From contig NC_083243.1 of assembly GCF_032191835.1 (NCBI RefSeq), positions 182,342,001-182,406,000 of the forward strand: a stretch of DNA of 64,000 bases, given 5' to 3'. Made by a program: the position numbers and the translations under genes. Below are positions 37,184 to 49,577 of the stretch, in pieces. This DNA comes from Heteronotia binoei (taxonomy: Eukaryota). Position 1 is the stretch's first letter. Every line of letters starts with the position of its first letter. A model generated the notes under the pieces. It saw only the letters and a list, made by a program, of their open reading frames with translations. It had not been told where the DNA came from and ran no database searches.

Positions 37184-37354
37184 TACCGTATTTTTTGCTC
37201 CATAAAATGCATCTAGTTTTTAGAGGCGTTTGTGTGAATTTAGAGGCGTTTGTGTGAATTTTTTGCAGTATTCACTCCTTAAGATGCACACACTCCCCCC
37301 CCACACTTTTTTTTGGGGGGGGGGAGTGCGTCTAATGGAGCAAAAGATATGGTA
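37184..37354. mobile_element. Tc1/mariner (Tigger/pogo-like) MITE
   Basis: taccgtattttttgctccataa...ctaatggagcaaaagatatggta. TIRs are bounded by TA. Confidence 0.8.
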
Positions 37355-38829
37355 ATTGTAAAACATTCACCTGTGCCAAATAAAGCAAGAAACTGCATGC
37401 TAATCCCTTTGACTGTCTTTCTGAGTTAAGCATATTTTTGATTTAGATTAAATTCATGTACAAGTTCTGCTCAACAGTATGTCCACTGCACTGATACACT
37501 GACATATACCATAATCCAGATTTATGGCAGTTGCTTAAATTTAATTGATTTGATTGCATCTGAAAAATCTCCCAGCAACAATTTCTTCATTGGTATATTG
37601 GAAACGTGTTCAGAACAGATTATAATGAGCTACATTTCAAATGCACATTCCTAATGAGCAGTAAATATTAATAAGATATTTAGTAAGGAGAATATGATTT
37701 AAAACTTTTAATATGATTTGTTACCCCAGACCAACCCTGGATTACCTGCCTCGGAATATGGATGGTATAAACATGATCCATGTTCACGAGAGTCTTTTCA
37801 TTGAAACAGTAGCATCTTAGTCAATGGTGTTTATTTTATTCCCTTAACATACTTAACAAATGAAACATATCTCCAAGCAGATAAGCATCCAAAAGGAAAT
37901 CTCTGCAATTCTATCTCTACACTTATTTATGTGCCACAATCAGTTTTTTTCTTGCAGTGCTTTGCCTGATTGCAGAAGGAGCTCATTTAATGTACTTACT
38001 GTCTTGACTGAATTTTCCTCACTTCCTCTAAAGACTAAAATATACATCACTTTCTTTTTCTGTGTTTTTCCCCAATAAAGTTGATATGCTCTTACAAGCT
38101 CTGCTGCTTGCAATAGAACAAGACATTGCATACTTTATACAATACTTCATCTTGCACTCCACATGTGTATAAAATGAGGACTCAATGCAGTGCCTGATTT
38201 ACATAATTGTTTTTTAACCAGAGATGTCCACAAAGAAAAAATAATCTGTCTTCTTGATGACTTCTCCTCTGCTTTGTGTATCTTTTGAATTGGTTTACTT
38301 TCCTGTTCATCAAATGTAACTGGTGCTTACCATGTGAGTGTATATTAGATCAAACTGTCACAAGGAAATACAAGCATAGTTTATAGAGACAGCCAAACTG
38401 TAGTTCTGTCAGAGGTGCTCCATTCTCTTCTCAGGGACCAAGTAGCATTTTCTTTGGGCCTGGTACAAACATTATCATGCCCCACCCCAAAGATCCCATT
38501 CCATATGTACAAGCTCATGAGTCCTTCATGCGCCCCCTATGACATCATATCTTCTCTAAGTTCCCTTTCCTTTTCCAAACTACACCCTCCCTAGGAACTA
38601 TCCCTAAATCTCCAATAATGTCTCAAGCTGGAGTTAGCAGCCTTTGGCCACTGTAAGTGCACCAGTTTTCTACTCTCATGTGTGGACCCTACTCATGATG
38701 ACTTCCTTTATTTATAACTTAATTTTCACTCAAAATAGGAAGAATTGATTCCCAATTAATAGCTTATGAACAGGAATTACTGTAGGAAATTGTTGTGGCA
38801 ATACCTCAAAAGCAGGATCTTATTATATA

Positions 38830-40770
38830 TATGGTTGTGGTTCGCCCCCTCTTTAAAAAGCCATCTGCAGACCTAGCCAAATTGGCGAACTAACAGCCGG
38901 TGTCGAACTTACCCTTTTTGGGTAAGGTCATAGAGCGGGCTGTAGCGACTCAGTTACAAGGGTTCCTGGATGACACTTCCACACTGGATTTGTTCCAGTC
39001 TGACTTTCATCCAGGTCATGGGATGGAGATGGTTTTGGTTGCCCTCATAGATGACCTCCTGTGCCATCTGGATTGAGGTGGCTCAGCAGTGCTGCTGTTA
39101 TTAGATCTGTCAGCTGCATTTGATATGGTTGACCATCAGCTACTGTCTAGTCGCCTCATCAACATGGGGATTCAGGGGTCTGCCTCGCAATGGCTGGTCT
39201 CTTTCCTTCAAGGCTAGGGACAAAGAATGGTGATAGGGGAAGAATCATCCCGGAGGCATCCACTCACATGTGGTGTGCCGCAAGGGGCAGTCCTGTCCCT
39301 GATGTTATTTAACATCTACATGAGCCCCCTTGCCCAGATGGTCAGGAGGTATGGGCTAGGGTGCCATCAATATGCGGATGATACCCAGCTCTATCTATTG
39401 ATGGGTGGCCAATCTGACTGTGTCCCAGATAACTTGGACCTGGCACTACAAGCCATGGCATCTTGGCTCAGACTGGTTCGACTGAAGTCGAATTCAACGA
39501 AGACAGAGGTTTTCTATCTGAGTCGTGGTGGTCCAGGAAAGGAGATTCCCTTGCCGGTCTTTGATGGGGTGCCACTAATAGCAGCCCTTAAGGTCAGGAG
39601 TCTGGGAGTGCTCCTGGTGTCCTCTCTGACTATGGAGGCCCAGGTAGCAACCACTGCCAAGTCTGCCTTTTTCCATCTCCGGTGGGTACAGCAGTTGGCC
39701 CCTTTTTTGGAGCTCTGCGACTTAGCAATGGTGATCCATGCTACGGTCACCTCGAGAATAGACTACTGTAATGCCCCCTACATGGGGCTGCCCTTGAATC
39801 TGACTTGAAAACTACAGCTAGTGCAGAATGCTGCTGCATGGTTGTTAATGGGCTCCCTCAATGGGAGCACATTCAACCACTGCTGAGAGAACTGCACTGG
39901 CTGCCTATTGTGTGCCGAGTCTGCTTCAAAGTGCTGATATTTACCTTTAAAGCCCTATATGGCTGAGGACCTGTCTATCTACAGAACTGCCTTTCCTCAT
40001 ATGTTCCTGTCATGACTCAGGGGGGTCTTACCAAGTGCTGCCACCACTCTGGGTTAAGGGTTCCCCTTGAGAAGGCCCAGAGTTCCCTCCCAAGCCCTTC
40101 AGGCCTCCTGTAGCTTAGGCCAAATAATAGGTGTGAGGACCAGGCAGAGTGAACAACAACAAAAAGGTTTATTTTAAAGTCAGTGCTATATAAATTAACA
40201 AGGTGCATAAAACAGTAAAAGGGTGAAGGGAAAATAAACAAAAGTCCTAACGCGTCTTAACTTATAGGCCCTAAACTACTAACCAGCACTCACCCCTTTT
40301 CCTTAGGTGAGGGAGCTTTCCCCTGCTCAAACTCTTCAGGCACAGCCTACTTCTAGCTCAGCCTTCCAGGGAAAGAACACCCCCTCTCTGGACTTAGCCT
40401 TTATATTCTCTTCCAGACCCCACTCCTCTCTGAGCCTGTTTCCCTCCAAACCCCTTGCTACCCAATTAGAGGGACAGAGGGGATCCTGGGAGATGTAGGC
40501 TTTTCCCAGTAACTCCTAAGCAGGCTTCCCTGGAACCTGCAGGCCTCGCTAGGCCCAGGATCATGACAGTTCCTCAGAGAGCACTGTGTTCGGGAGCTCA
40601 ACATCTGCTATCTATCCTCGGGCCAAGGGACGCCACACTAAGCTCTACATGGGCCAGGGCCTTCTCAGTGGGAACACCAATGCTGTGGAATGCTCTCCCA
40701 GAGGCCATTAGAGCCTTGTGAAATCTCTCTCAATTCCGCAAGGCCTGTAAAATTGAACTTTTTTGAGAGG
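38830..40770 (+). mobile_element. L2 LINE RT region and 3' end
   Basis: RPLFKKPS..PVSNLPFLGKVIE, LDLSAAFD, GVPQGAVLS, HQYADDTQLY, TSRIDYCN (ORF 39227-39808). Interrupted by a solo LTR. Confidence 0.92.
40008..40568 (-). mobile_element. Solo LTR
   Basis: Inverted termini tgtcatga / tcatgaca. Exact 5-bp TSD GTTCC. AATAAA on the minus strand near 40170. Confidence 0.88.
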
Positions 40771-42415
40771 CCTATAACAACTAATGTGGGAGAAGGCTGC
40801 TACTGTTATGCTACTGAGCAATACCATTGGAAGACCACCGTTATGCTACTGAGCAATACCGTCGGAAGACCACTAACAGATGAACAGAAGCATTGTCATA
40901 TCAATATAATCTGATCCACCGATGTTAACATTTTGTATAGCACCAAATATTTAACTTTTAAATTATTATGTGTTCATGTTTTTACCGTTTCAAATTGTAA
41001 CTGAATATGTTGTTTTTAATATATATAAACCATCAGTGACATGTTTTAAGGTCAGTATGCAATATCTCTTCCATGCAGTTATGAGAAGTCAGATTAGTCC
41101 TTTCAGTGGTAACCTTTCCTGCATTAAATATGTTCACCTCCCTGTCGTTAAAATTCACTCTCTCTGTTTGTGATCCTGACAGTTTATAAGATTAAATTTT
41201 CCATATATTGATTTGGATATGCTAGGTTTTGATCTCTAGAAACACAGTTTTCCTTGTGTTGTGGTTACGTACATAGATATAGAATTGAAGTTGTGATATG
41301 TTTTTCAGATGACACCTTTTGTTTGATTGACAAGAGCCTGCTCACCTACACCAAATTAATAGTAACTCATATTTTACCTCTAAAGGGAACCTCTAGTTTC
41401 CCTAGTTTTACTGTTTCTTGTTTCATTTGGATGGTCAAATGCAAAGACCAGGGCTGCTGTATGTTTGATAATTGTATGGTACTAGGAGAGGACTTCTAGA
41501 CACAGATATGGTGAGGAATACAGGGGAGCAGTTACTGCTCTAGACTAAAAAGATCTTGAAGGATGTTTCTGCAGAGTAGAAACAGAGATAATCTGGGTTC
41601 TCAGCGAAATATGCCAAATAAGGAGTCCAGGGTCCAAAACAGAACAGCCTTGTAGAGAACAAGCAATAAAGAAACAATAGACTAATATGGCCTTTTGTAA
41701 ATTAGAAATGTTATTTTGTACTTTATTATGCTTGCTACCTATCTCTTGTTGCTTTATTTGTTTTATCAAATAAAATTTGCCTGCTCACTTTTTTTAGCCA
41801 ATAGTTATTTTGATTTTATTTTTACATTTTTCATCTATACATTCAATGAGATGAACACATAATGTATTAATAAAGCAAAATAGTTATCATTTGTTAAATA
41901 AGAAATACGATAATTAATATAAATAGATATGTGTCTGAGCTTGAGTGTGAGAAGCATTTGAAAACGACAATACCTTGACCTTCTGATATTCTTTATGACA
42001 AAATTAGTAGGAAATAACTGCTGCTGCTTTTATATATTCAAAGAAGATATTCCAGTATAGATAACTTTGTATGATGTTTTAAATTATAGGATAATTAGTT
42101 AGCCAAGAATGTGAGCCCTATCAGATGAGACAATTAGCTATTTTGAGGAGATTATTTTGAAAAACTATAAACATGGGGAAATGAGTCGATCTCCTTACCT
42201 GTGACTTGCTTACTTTTCGTTAGCAACTTTAATGAGTTCAGCTAATTGCCCTCCTTTAGTTATCTATATAAAATAAATTGATGGTATTCTCATTTTCTTT
42301 TAGGTGAGTCTATGTTAAAAGTATAAATACTGACATTTTAATAAAAAAGATAAAACAGAGCCAAGTTTCCTTAGAGAACATTTGACTTGTGTAGTATACC
42401 CTAAAGAAACCAAAA

Positions 42416-43609
42416 TTATTGCTGAGATGTACTTCTTGCTAGGAAATTAATGATAGGAAAACCAATTAGATTCCTAGGGCTCTTATTCTTATTTTGGTAG
42501 GACAATAAGCAGGATTTCAGTTCTTCTAACGTGGCTGTAATTAGTTGTTGCTCAGTGGTAGACAGGTTTTTGTAAGCAACCAGGAGGTCACCCTCCAAGT
42601 CAGGCTGGCCCACAGGGTTCTCACCCAGGAGGCGAGGAGACTCAACAGGTTCCATCCAATTAATTAGGTCATTTGGCATAGCCTTGTTTGGTGGAGTGCT
42701 GTTTCCTTTGATAGCAACAGCAGGCTTAGAGGTGCTTTTGATGGTAGTTTCCCTTTGTCCAGACCGAGTGGCTATGGACACTGATGGAAAAAGTGGAGCA
42801 ACTGAGATGTTCTGGAAGACTCTTACAGGGAAGACACCTTTGGAGCAAAGGGAAGATTTCCTAATTAGGAGAAGTTGTGGAATTTTCGTGCTGCTGAAAG
42901 TTAGCAGGACCTTTAATGCCTGGTTGGTATTGTTCAACAGCTCTACTGATTCCAGGTCAACCTGCTTAGTTGCTAGAAGTGACTTAAGATGCCTTGACAC
43001 CAGAAATTTGGAGTTCCAGGATGGAGTCTGGCCCCTGAAGCTGCAAACTGTTAAGCATATTTTGCGTGGTTGTAATATCAGGTGCCATGCAGGATCTAGT
43101 CTTAAGTTGCAGGCAGCAGTTTTCTGAGAGGGGTGGGGCTGGAGGAAGGACACCAATGCACAAGGTCTCCTCCCATCTGCATCTATTCCTTGATTCTTGT
43201 GCAGGTAAGTTAGATGGTCCAACTTGGAATGCAGAGAGGCTAAATTGTTCCACATAAGCTCCAAAGTTCTTGCTACAAGGGAGCAAAGGTCAGCTAACGA
43301 GCAATCAGAGTCTTTTGTGTTGTCAGTCACTCCAGAATTAATCTCGGGGAGGCTTGTAAGACATACCTTGTCCTTGGAATGATCAACACTATTACCGTTG
43401 TTGATTGGACTGTTGGAGGCGACAACCTTTTCTGTTGGTGAGGGCAGTTCATTAAGGTCATCATTATAAACATTAACATTATCATTATCAGCCAAAACCT
43501 CAAAACGGTTGCGAATTGGAACCTGGGTGGAATAAAAGTCTCCAATTTTTAATTGCTTGGGAAGTGGGAGTGAATCTTCTGTATCCCTTGGGCGTTTGGA
43601 GACCCCCAT
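42416..43609 (-). CDS. Intact 397-aa ORF, probable LINE ORF1-like (RNA-binding/coiled-coil) protein
   Basis: ATG at 43609 in context GCCACCATGG (the track's 43804 start is TTG). VPIRNRFEVL resembles the NRF..L motif of LINE ORF1s. A coiled-coil-like LWNNLASLHSKLDHL stretch is present. The leader starts at acttccgg (~43994), like the L1 5' end at 17933. Confidence 0.6.
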   Translation of the reverse strand: MGVSKRPRDTEDSLPLPKQLKIGDFYSTQVPIRNRFEVLADNDNVNVYNDDLNELPSPTEKVVASNSPINNGNSVDHSKDKVCLTSLPEINSGVTDNTKDSDCSLADLCSLVARTLELMWNNLASLHSKLDHLTYLHKNQGIDADGRRPCALVSFLQPHPSQKTAACNLRLDPAWHLILQPRKICLTVCSFRGQTPSWNSKFLVSRHLKSLLATKQVDLESVELLNNTNQALKVLLTFSSTKIPQLLLIRKSSLCSKGVFPVRVFQNISVAPLFPSVSIATRSGQRETTIKSTSKPAVAIKGNSTPPNKAMPNDLINWMEPVESPRLLGENPVGQPDLEGDLLVAYKNLSTTEQQLITATLEELKSCLLSYQNKNKSPRNLIGFPIINFLARSTSQQ

Positions 43610-43994
43610 GGTGGCTAGGCGTCTTTCTGCAAAGTTCCTTGGCCCTGGGTATAGCCTCAACGGCAGCACTGCACACCAATTCACTGTTGTTAAAAGAAGA
43701 GCTTGCAGGGCAACCAAGAGGAAATAACAGTGATAAGTTTCCAAGCAAGCAAAGCTCCCACTTGGTAGCCTTCCAGATTCAGAGACGGCGAGGACGCCAG
43801 CCAATTAACCAATTAAGCAGGGGAGGTTTGCATTCCTCTAAAGCTCTGCTTCCATTTAAAAGAGTTAAAATGGGAAAAGTAAAATCCTCAGGGTTAAAAC
43901 AAAAAAATTAAAATTAAAAGAGGCTTATCATAGACTTATCGTTTCAGAGCCGCAGAGCCGCACGTCTGCCTCCCTCCAATGCTCGACCGGAAGT

Positions 43995-44960
43995 ATACTT
44001 TGGCCACCCAATGAGAAGGAAGCACTCCCTGGAGAAGATTCTTGAGAGTCCCTTGGACTGCAAGAAGATCCAATCAGTCAGTCCTAAAGGAAATCAACCC
44101 TAAAGGAAATCAACCAATCAATCAATTTTCTATGACTTATTCGTTAGCAATTGGTTGATGAAATTAAATTCTAAATTAGAGGAAAGTGATCTGAATATTG
44201 ATTCCCTAGCTTTCATGTTTAAGAACGGGGCAAAAGCAATTATCAGAGACCGATTACTGAAATTGGAGTTGAAACAATCTCTGGCCAAAGTTGGGGGACG
44301 TATATCCCAACCTTCTTTACAAGTGATTTTAAAAGTGCCAGGTATCTAGAAAAGATACAGCCAATTAAGATCAGGCGGATGCTGTCCTTGGCACGCTTGA
44401 ACATCCTGGACACAGCAGTACTGAGGGGCCGTTTCCATAAGATTCCGCTAGAAGACAGGATCTGTCCGTGCGGCCTGGAGGAGGTTGATACTGTTCCCCA
44501 TCTTATTCTGAACTGTCTTTTCCATACAGAGGTAAGGTACAAACTTCTGCGGAACCACCTAACATTAGCTGAATCTTTAAATCAGGCTCAAGTCATGCAC
44601 TTCCTCCTTGGGGACGGGTGTGATCAACTTTCCCTGGATCTTGCAAAGTTTCTATATGTTTCCGACCTTGACAGGAAGAAATTTAACACTGCTTGTATTT
44701 GAAAGAAAGTTGCCCTTGTTAAGTATTGCCTATATCAGCTAATTTTATTACCACTTTGATGGTTGTACATAGTTATTATATTGTTATGTGATATTTTAGC
44801 TTGGTGTTGTGTTGTGTTGTACTGTTATCAATGTGTTGTGTTGTTGTTGTTGATTGGCCTAGAGCCGTATTAAACTGACTGACTGACTGACTGAACCCTG
44901 ACTGTTCCCTGGAAGGTCAGATGCTGAAGCTGAAGCTCAAATACTTTGGCCACCCTCCTA
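43995..44960 (+). mobile_element. BovB (RTE) fragment split by an RTE-X-like 3' end
   Basis: gagtcccttggactgcaagaagatccaatcagtcagtcctaaaggaaatcaaccc | tgactgttccctggaaggtcagatgctgaagctgaagctcaaatactttggccacc matches the BovB ORF as I recall it. Confidence 0.8.
44101..44895 (+). mobile_element. RTE-X-like LINE 3' end
   Basis: ORF 44379-44702 LARLNILDTAVLRGRFHKIPLEDRICPCG..HLILNC is homologous to the 29-kb element's C-terminus. Tail (ACTG)n. Confidence 0.8.
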
Positions 44961-46862
44961 GGGCTCTTAAGTGCAAGCCTATATCTGAATCAGGCCAGAC
45001 TAGTCCTCTGAAACAGGATAATAGGGGGCAAACAAAAGAGGAGTCTTTGGGCTCTGTGTTCTAATCATAAATCCTCCATAGCTTTTGATTGGTCACAGTA
45101 TAAACAGGGTGATGTACTAGCTGAGCCACTTGTTTGATCTAGTACCTTTGCTTCTGTGCGCTTATGATGTGTTGGTAGATGTACTTTGCTATGCAAAGGT
45201 AGGGCAAAGTGAAGCAACTATTACTGAAGGCACAAGACCTCTGTCCTCCTTTAGTAAGTTTATTGGTAATGTATTTCCTCTTCCCTTTGGAAAATATCAC
45301 AGAATTTTAACCTGGTCATCGGGGAACACTTTCCCAAATTTGGTTTGTGACACTTGAAAGAGGTGCCGTGAGGCCATTTATTTAAGCTGTTGTCTTGGTC
45401 TTTCAGATCAGTATAATAGCCTTAGGAGATGCTGAGGAGGAGAAGAAGAAAAGGCCTTTAAAAAAAGCTCTTTACCAGGAACATCTTCACTGCAGTCACT
45501 CTTGAGCAGTTGTGAAGAGGCAGTTAAATAAAGCTCTTTTAACACCAAAGTGTAAACACAGCCCAGTCATGCTAATATCTCCCTTGTGTATAGTTCAGAA
45601 GAGGAACATAGAAGCACAAAGTAGGCATTAGCACTTTCTCAGTCATTATGATTCACAGTTAGGGTAAAGTACATAGCAGGTGTCATCACAAACAATTTCA
45701 CATGGCTACCAAATACACACACACACGTGTGTCAGTGTGAAAGTGATAACATTTAAGGATACTTTGTTAATCAGGAAGAGACCTGCATAAATTTACAGGT
45801 TTGCTTTTTCTGTGAATCATCTTGTCTGGAACCATTCATATATACATGCTTTCATGCGTGCTATTCATGAATACTACTCATATAAATACAGTCCACACAG
45901 AAGCTGTTTGGATTGGATGCCATTAGTATATACACAATTTCTTTTCACATAATATGCAAACCACACACCCAGGGTTCATTTTTGAGTTCATTGGGGATCT
46001 GCATGTAAGCCTGATTCCCTGATATAAACCTGATCATGTTTTAATCTTTCCCATTCTCCATGGAGCTGATGGCCTCCCCTGTCTTTCTCACAATAACCCT
46101 GTGAAGTAGTTTAGGGTGATGCTGACTGACCTACCCAGTGAGTTTCCAACTGACTAGAGTTTTCAACCCAAGTATCCCTCTCCAACACTGACTGCTGCAC
46201 CACACTGAAACTTGCATTCACACTGAGATAAAAAAAAATGTAACTTATGAGATGAATATGCCAATACTGCTGCTTACTCTCACCTCTGCTGAACGCCTTC
46301 TAATCAGCAGCTAACATAACTCTATCTTCGGTGTTTTTTAACCTAAGTGGCTGCAAATCCATGAACAATAGCTCCTCATTTGAACTCAGCCAATGACTAG
46401 GAAAAGTTCATTGTAAACAACTGAAGCCAGAGCAATAATAACTAATGGCTACATGTGTTCTAAAACCTGCATATTTTTATGCTTTATCATGTTATTAAAT
46501 ATACTTGATTATTTTAATGCATTGTATTTTGAATGTCCAGCTACCTCCAAGAGTAGACATCATGTGGAGAAATGCATATGAGCTCTAATTTGCTGCTTCA
46601 GTGTACATAATCATGGTAGTACCTTTGGGGTATTGCTGCCTTACTATAAGAAACTCCTTCAGGTTTCAAAGATGGCCTTGGATTGTTACCTGTCCTGATC
46701 TTTTGAGAGGAAGTGTGTTTGGGAAATCAAATAAATTTTTCTTCTCTATCTGAGACCCAAGGAGCTGCTACCAGTCACAGTACTGACCTAGATAGAACAA
46801 TGATTCAGTAGAAAGGAGCTTTATGTAGAAAGGATGTAATAAGTTCTTCATTAGATAGTCTT

Positions 46863-47555
46863 GGGGTGCGTTTAGACATACCATTAGTGGCGGCACAGCT
46901 CCGTATCGCCGATGGATTAAATATGTTCATCCAGACATCCACTTCTGGCAATCGAGTGTCATCCAAGGTCATCCCAGCTTTCTGCAGATCAATGCCGCAC
47001 TAATTTGATAGCGCAGAAAGTCTGCCCTTTTTCACAGATGCGACACACAATCGGTTGTTTTCCTGTTTGGACAGCTCAAGCCCCTTCAGATGTTTACTAC
47101 CCTTCCCACTTTTTCTTTCTTTTCTTTTTTTTTAAAAAGGCCCTAGCAGACATGCGCCTGGCCAGATCATCTGGGAATTTGAGGTGACACTTCTGATTCT
47201 CCAATCAACACAGGATTTGTGGGGGGGGGGGGGGGGACGCTATCCCATTATTCAGAGCAGGGGAAAAAAATTTTTTTCAATGTGGAGGATTTCAAGATAT
47301 CATTTGTCACTGCCAATTTGAATTGGCAATGTTAATTCCCAGAACTTTCCTTCTCCCCCCACCCCCGCCTCTGAAGCAACATTTGATTTCCCACCTCCCA
47401 ATGATTGGGCGCATGTTCAATGGACCCCCGCCCCCAGGAATCACATTGCACATGCTCCAAGAAAAGAGCGTGATAACATTGGATGTCTGATCGCTCAACA
47501 ACAGGATGAGTCGCATTCTTGGATGCTCGTCTGATTGGCCCCACATCGAATCAAT
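46863..47555 (+). mobile_element. ~700-bp interspersed repeat, copy 2
   Basis: Colinear with 22196-22907. Confidence 0.65.
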
Positions 47556-48189
47556 GGATGGATGCTGTATTTGTAAGATTAAAGTACACTTACTTTTAAG
47601 TCTGAAGCACTCGTTCAGTGATTATTTTGGCTGCAAATGTAATTCTGGTACAGGTTGTTGTCTACAACACGAAAATCCATGGGGGGGCCTCTCTGTCTCC
47701 TGAATGTTATTAAATAATAGGATATACTCTTTGCCTTTTTGAAGCAGAGTTGTCAGACTTCAAGATGCAGGGAGTTCAAAGGTAACAGCCGAACTATCAG
47801 CAGGTGCTTAATGCAGCTGGAGTAGAACAGCCACCTGCTACAACATTAGCTGGTCATTAACGAGCTCATCATTAATTGCTTTACATGGTCTTCCAGATCA
47901 GCTCATGGGGAGTATCTGCTCACATCTGACAATGCTCCCGAATGAGAACATGTCAAGTTCTCACTGGTACACTTCCAGCTTTGTTGGTACCTCACCAAAT
48001 TCAGTAGCATTTCCTATAACAAAGAGAAGCTGTTAAGGATGCGTTCATGTTGTGGTTTTAATACGTATGTATAATAGGGCATGGGAATTGCATTTAGTTC
48101 AGATAACATCAGTGCAAACATTGAAGGAGGTCATACTGCAATTAAAATTGTTCCAAATGAACCTGCAGAGCTAACATCTCTTGGAACCT

Positions 48190-48420
48190 ATACAAAGCCT
48201 GGCATGACCTTGGGCTCTCCTATCTACAGGATCATCTCTCCTCCTATTTCCCAGAGTTCACTAATCTGCTCAGGTCTTTCTGCAAGTGCCATCATGAAAA
48301 TGGGCAAGATCAACAACCACCCATATATGTGCTTTCACTGTTGTGCCCCCCCCCCTTTGTGGGAGGACTTGCCTGAGGAGGTCAGGAAGGCTCCTAAACG
48401 GTCATTTTTTAGCTTATGCA
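48190..48420 (+). mobile_element. Degraded L2 3' fragment
   Basis: YKAWHDLGLSYLQDHLS resembles the L2 motif KALHGLGPSYLQDHL. Confidence 0.55.
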
Positions 48421-49072
48421 ATATCATTTTTCTACATTATATCTGCATTCTGTATCACTTCTAATATGCTATGCTTATTCAGATTTCTAGAATCCCAGTC
48501 CCAGTACATGCCTTAACAGATGTCCCTTCATATTGATTCTATTGGCTTAACACTGCGTAATCACCTTTGAGTCTCAGTGAGGAAGGCAGACTATAAATAT
48601 AATAATTAAAAAAGACCTATGCTATGAAAATGAATAATAAAGGGCAGAAAGGGAGAAGAAATGGTGTATTTGGCTGGAAACTACTGGATAAGAAAACTGA
48701 AAATGCTTCTCACATTATCCACACACATTTATTTAGTTCCACTGTCACTTCTAGGCCAACTGGTTTTAAGGGTTGAAAATTTAACAAGAACGTAGAAAAC
48801 TTGCTTGCCAGAACTGAAAGTGGAATTAGTACCGTGAACAGCAGTTCATCTTTCAGCCTCACTTGGCTCCAACATCTATCGTCTGTTGCCAGCATTTGTC
48901 TCATAACCCAACCCCTGAGGGGGGAAAAACCTTCATTCATTCCCTTTAATTATCATCCTGTTCCTTGTTATTCTGATGCCAAAGGTGTCTCTCGATGATG
49001 CCGTTATTATACGGGCACCTAGATTTGATATTTTCTGTTGGCATTGATATTTGTCCCTCATCGTTACCAAAA

Positions 49073-49577
49073 AAGGTTGCCGTCCAATTTAAGAAATATC
49101 TGGGGACTTTGGGGGTGGAGCCAGGATAAATTAGGGGTGGAGCCAAGATCAAGGCTGTGACAAGCATAATTGAACTCCAAAGGGAGTTCTGGCCCTCACA
49201 TTTAAAGGGACGGCACACCTTTTCAAAGCCTTCCTTCCATAGGAAATAATGAAGGATAGGGGCACCTTTTGGGGGGCTCATAGAATTGGACCCCCTGGTC
49301 CAATCTTTTTGAAACTTGGGGGTAATTTTGGGGAGAGGCACTAGATGCTACATTGAAAATTTGGTGCCTCTACCTCAAAAAACAGCCCTCCCAGAGCCCC
49401 AGATACCCGTGGATCAATTCTCCATGATTTTCTATGGGAATAAATCTCCCTAGGGAATAATAGAGTTCCCAGCAGACATTTCCCTCCCTTCCCCCCGCTT
49501 TCTGACGACCCTAAAGCGGGGGGGAGGGCCTACAAACTGGGGGATCCCCTGCCCCCACCTGGGGATTAAGCAACCCA
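49073..49577. mobile_element. hAT MITE (TAGGGTTGCC family), degenerate ends
   Basis: Body homologous to 28134-28647. No TSD recovered. Confidence 0.8.

Noticed and set aside
42214-42263. Helitron Pif1-like resemblance of ITKGGQLAELIKVA
   Set aside because: The following IIWDE motif is absent and the frame is bounded by stops.
42684-43911. Overlapping 100-147 aa ORFs in other frames
   Set aside because: They are antisense or alternate-frame shadows of the 397-aa ORF.
42393-43998. AGTATAC direct repeat as a TSD for the ORF1-only element
   Set aside because: The right copy overlaps both the element's presumed ACTTCCGG start and BovB sequence, so it may be coincidental.
48081-48464. 127-aa ORF as a host exon
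   Set aside because: The second half is an off-frame reading of a degraded L2 tail, and no family was recognised.
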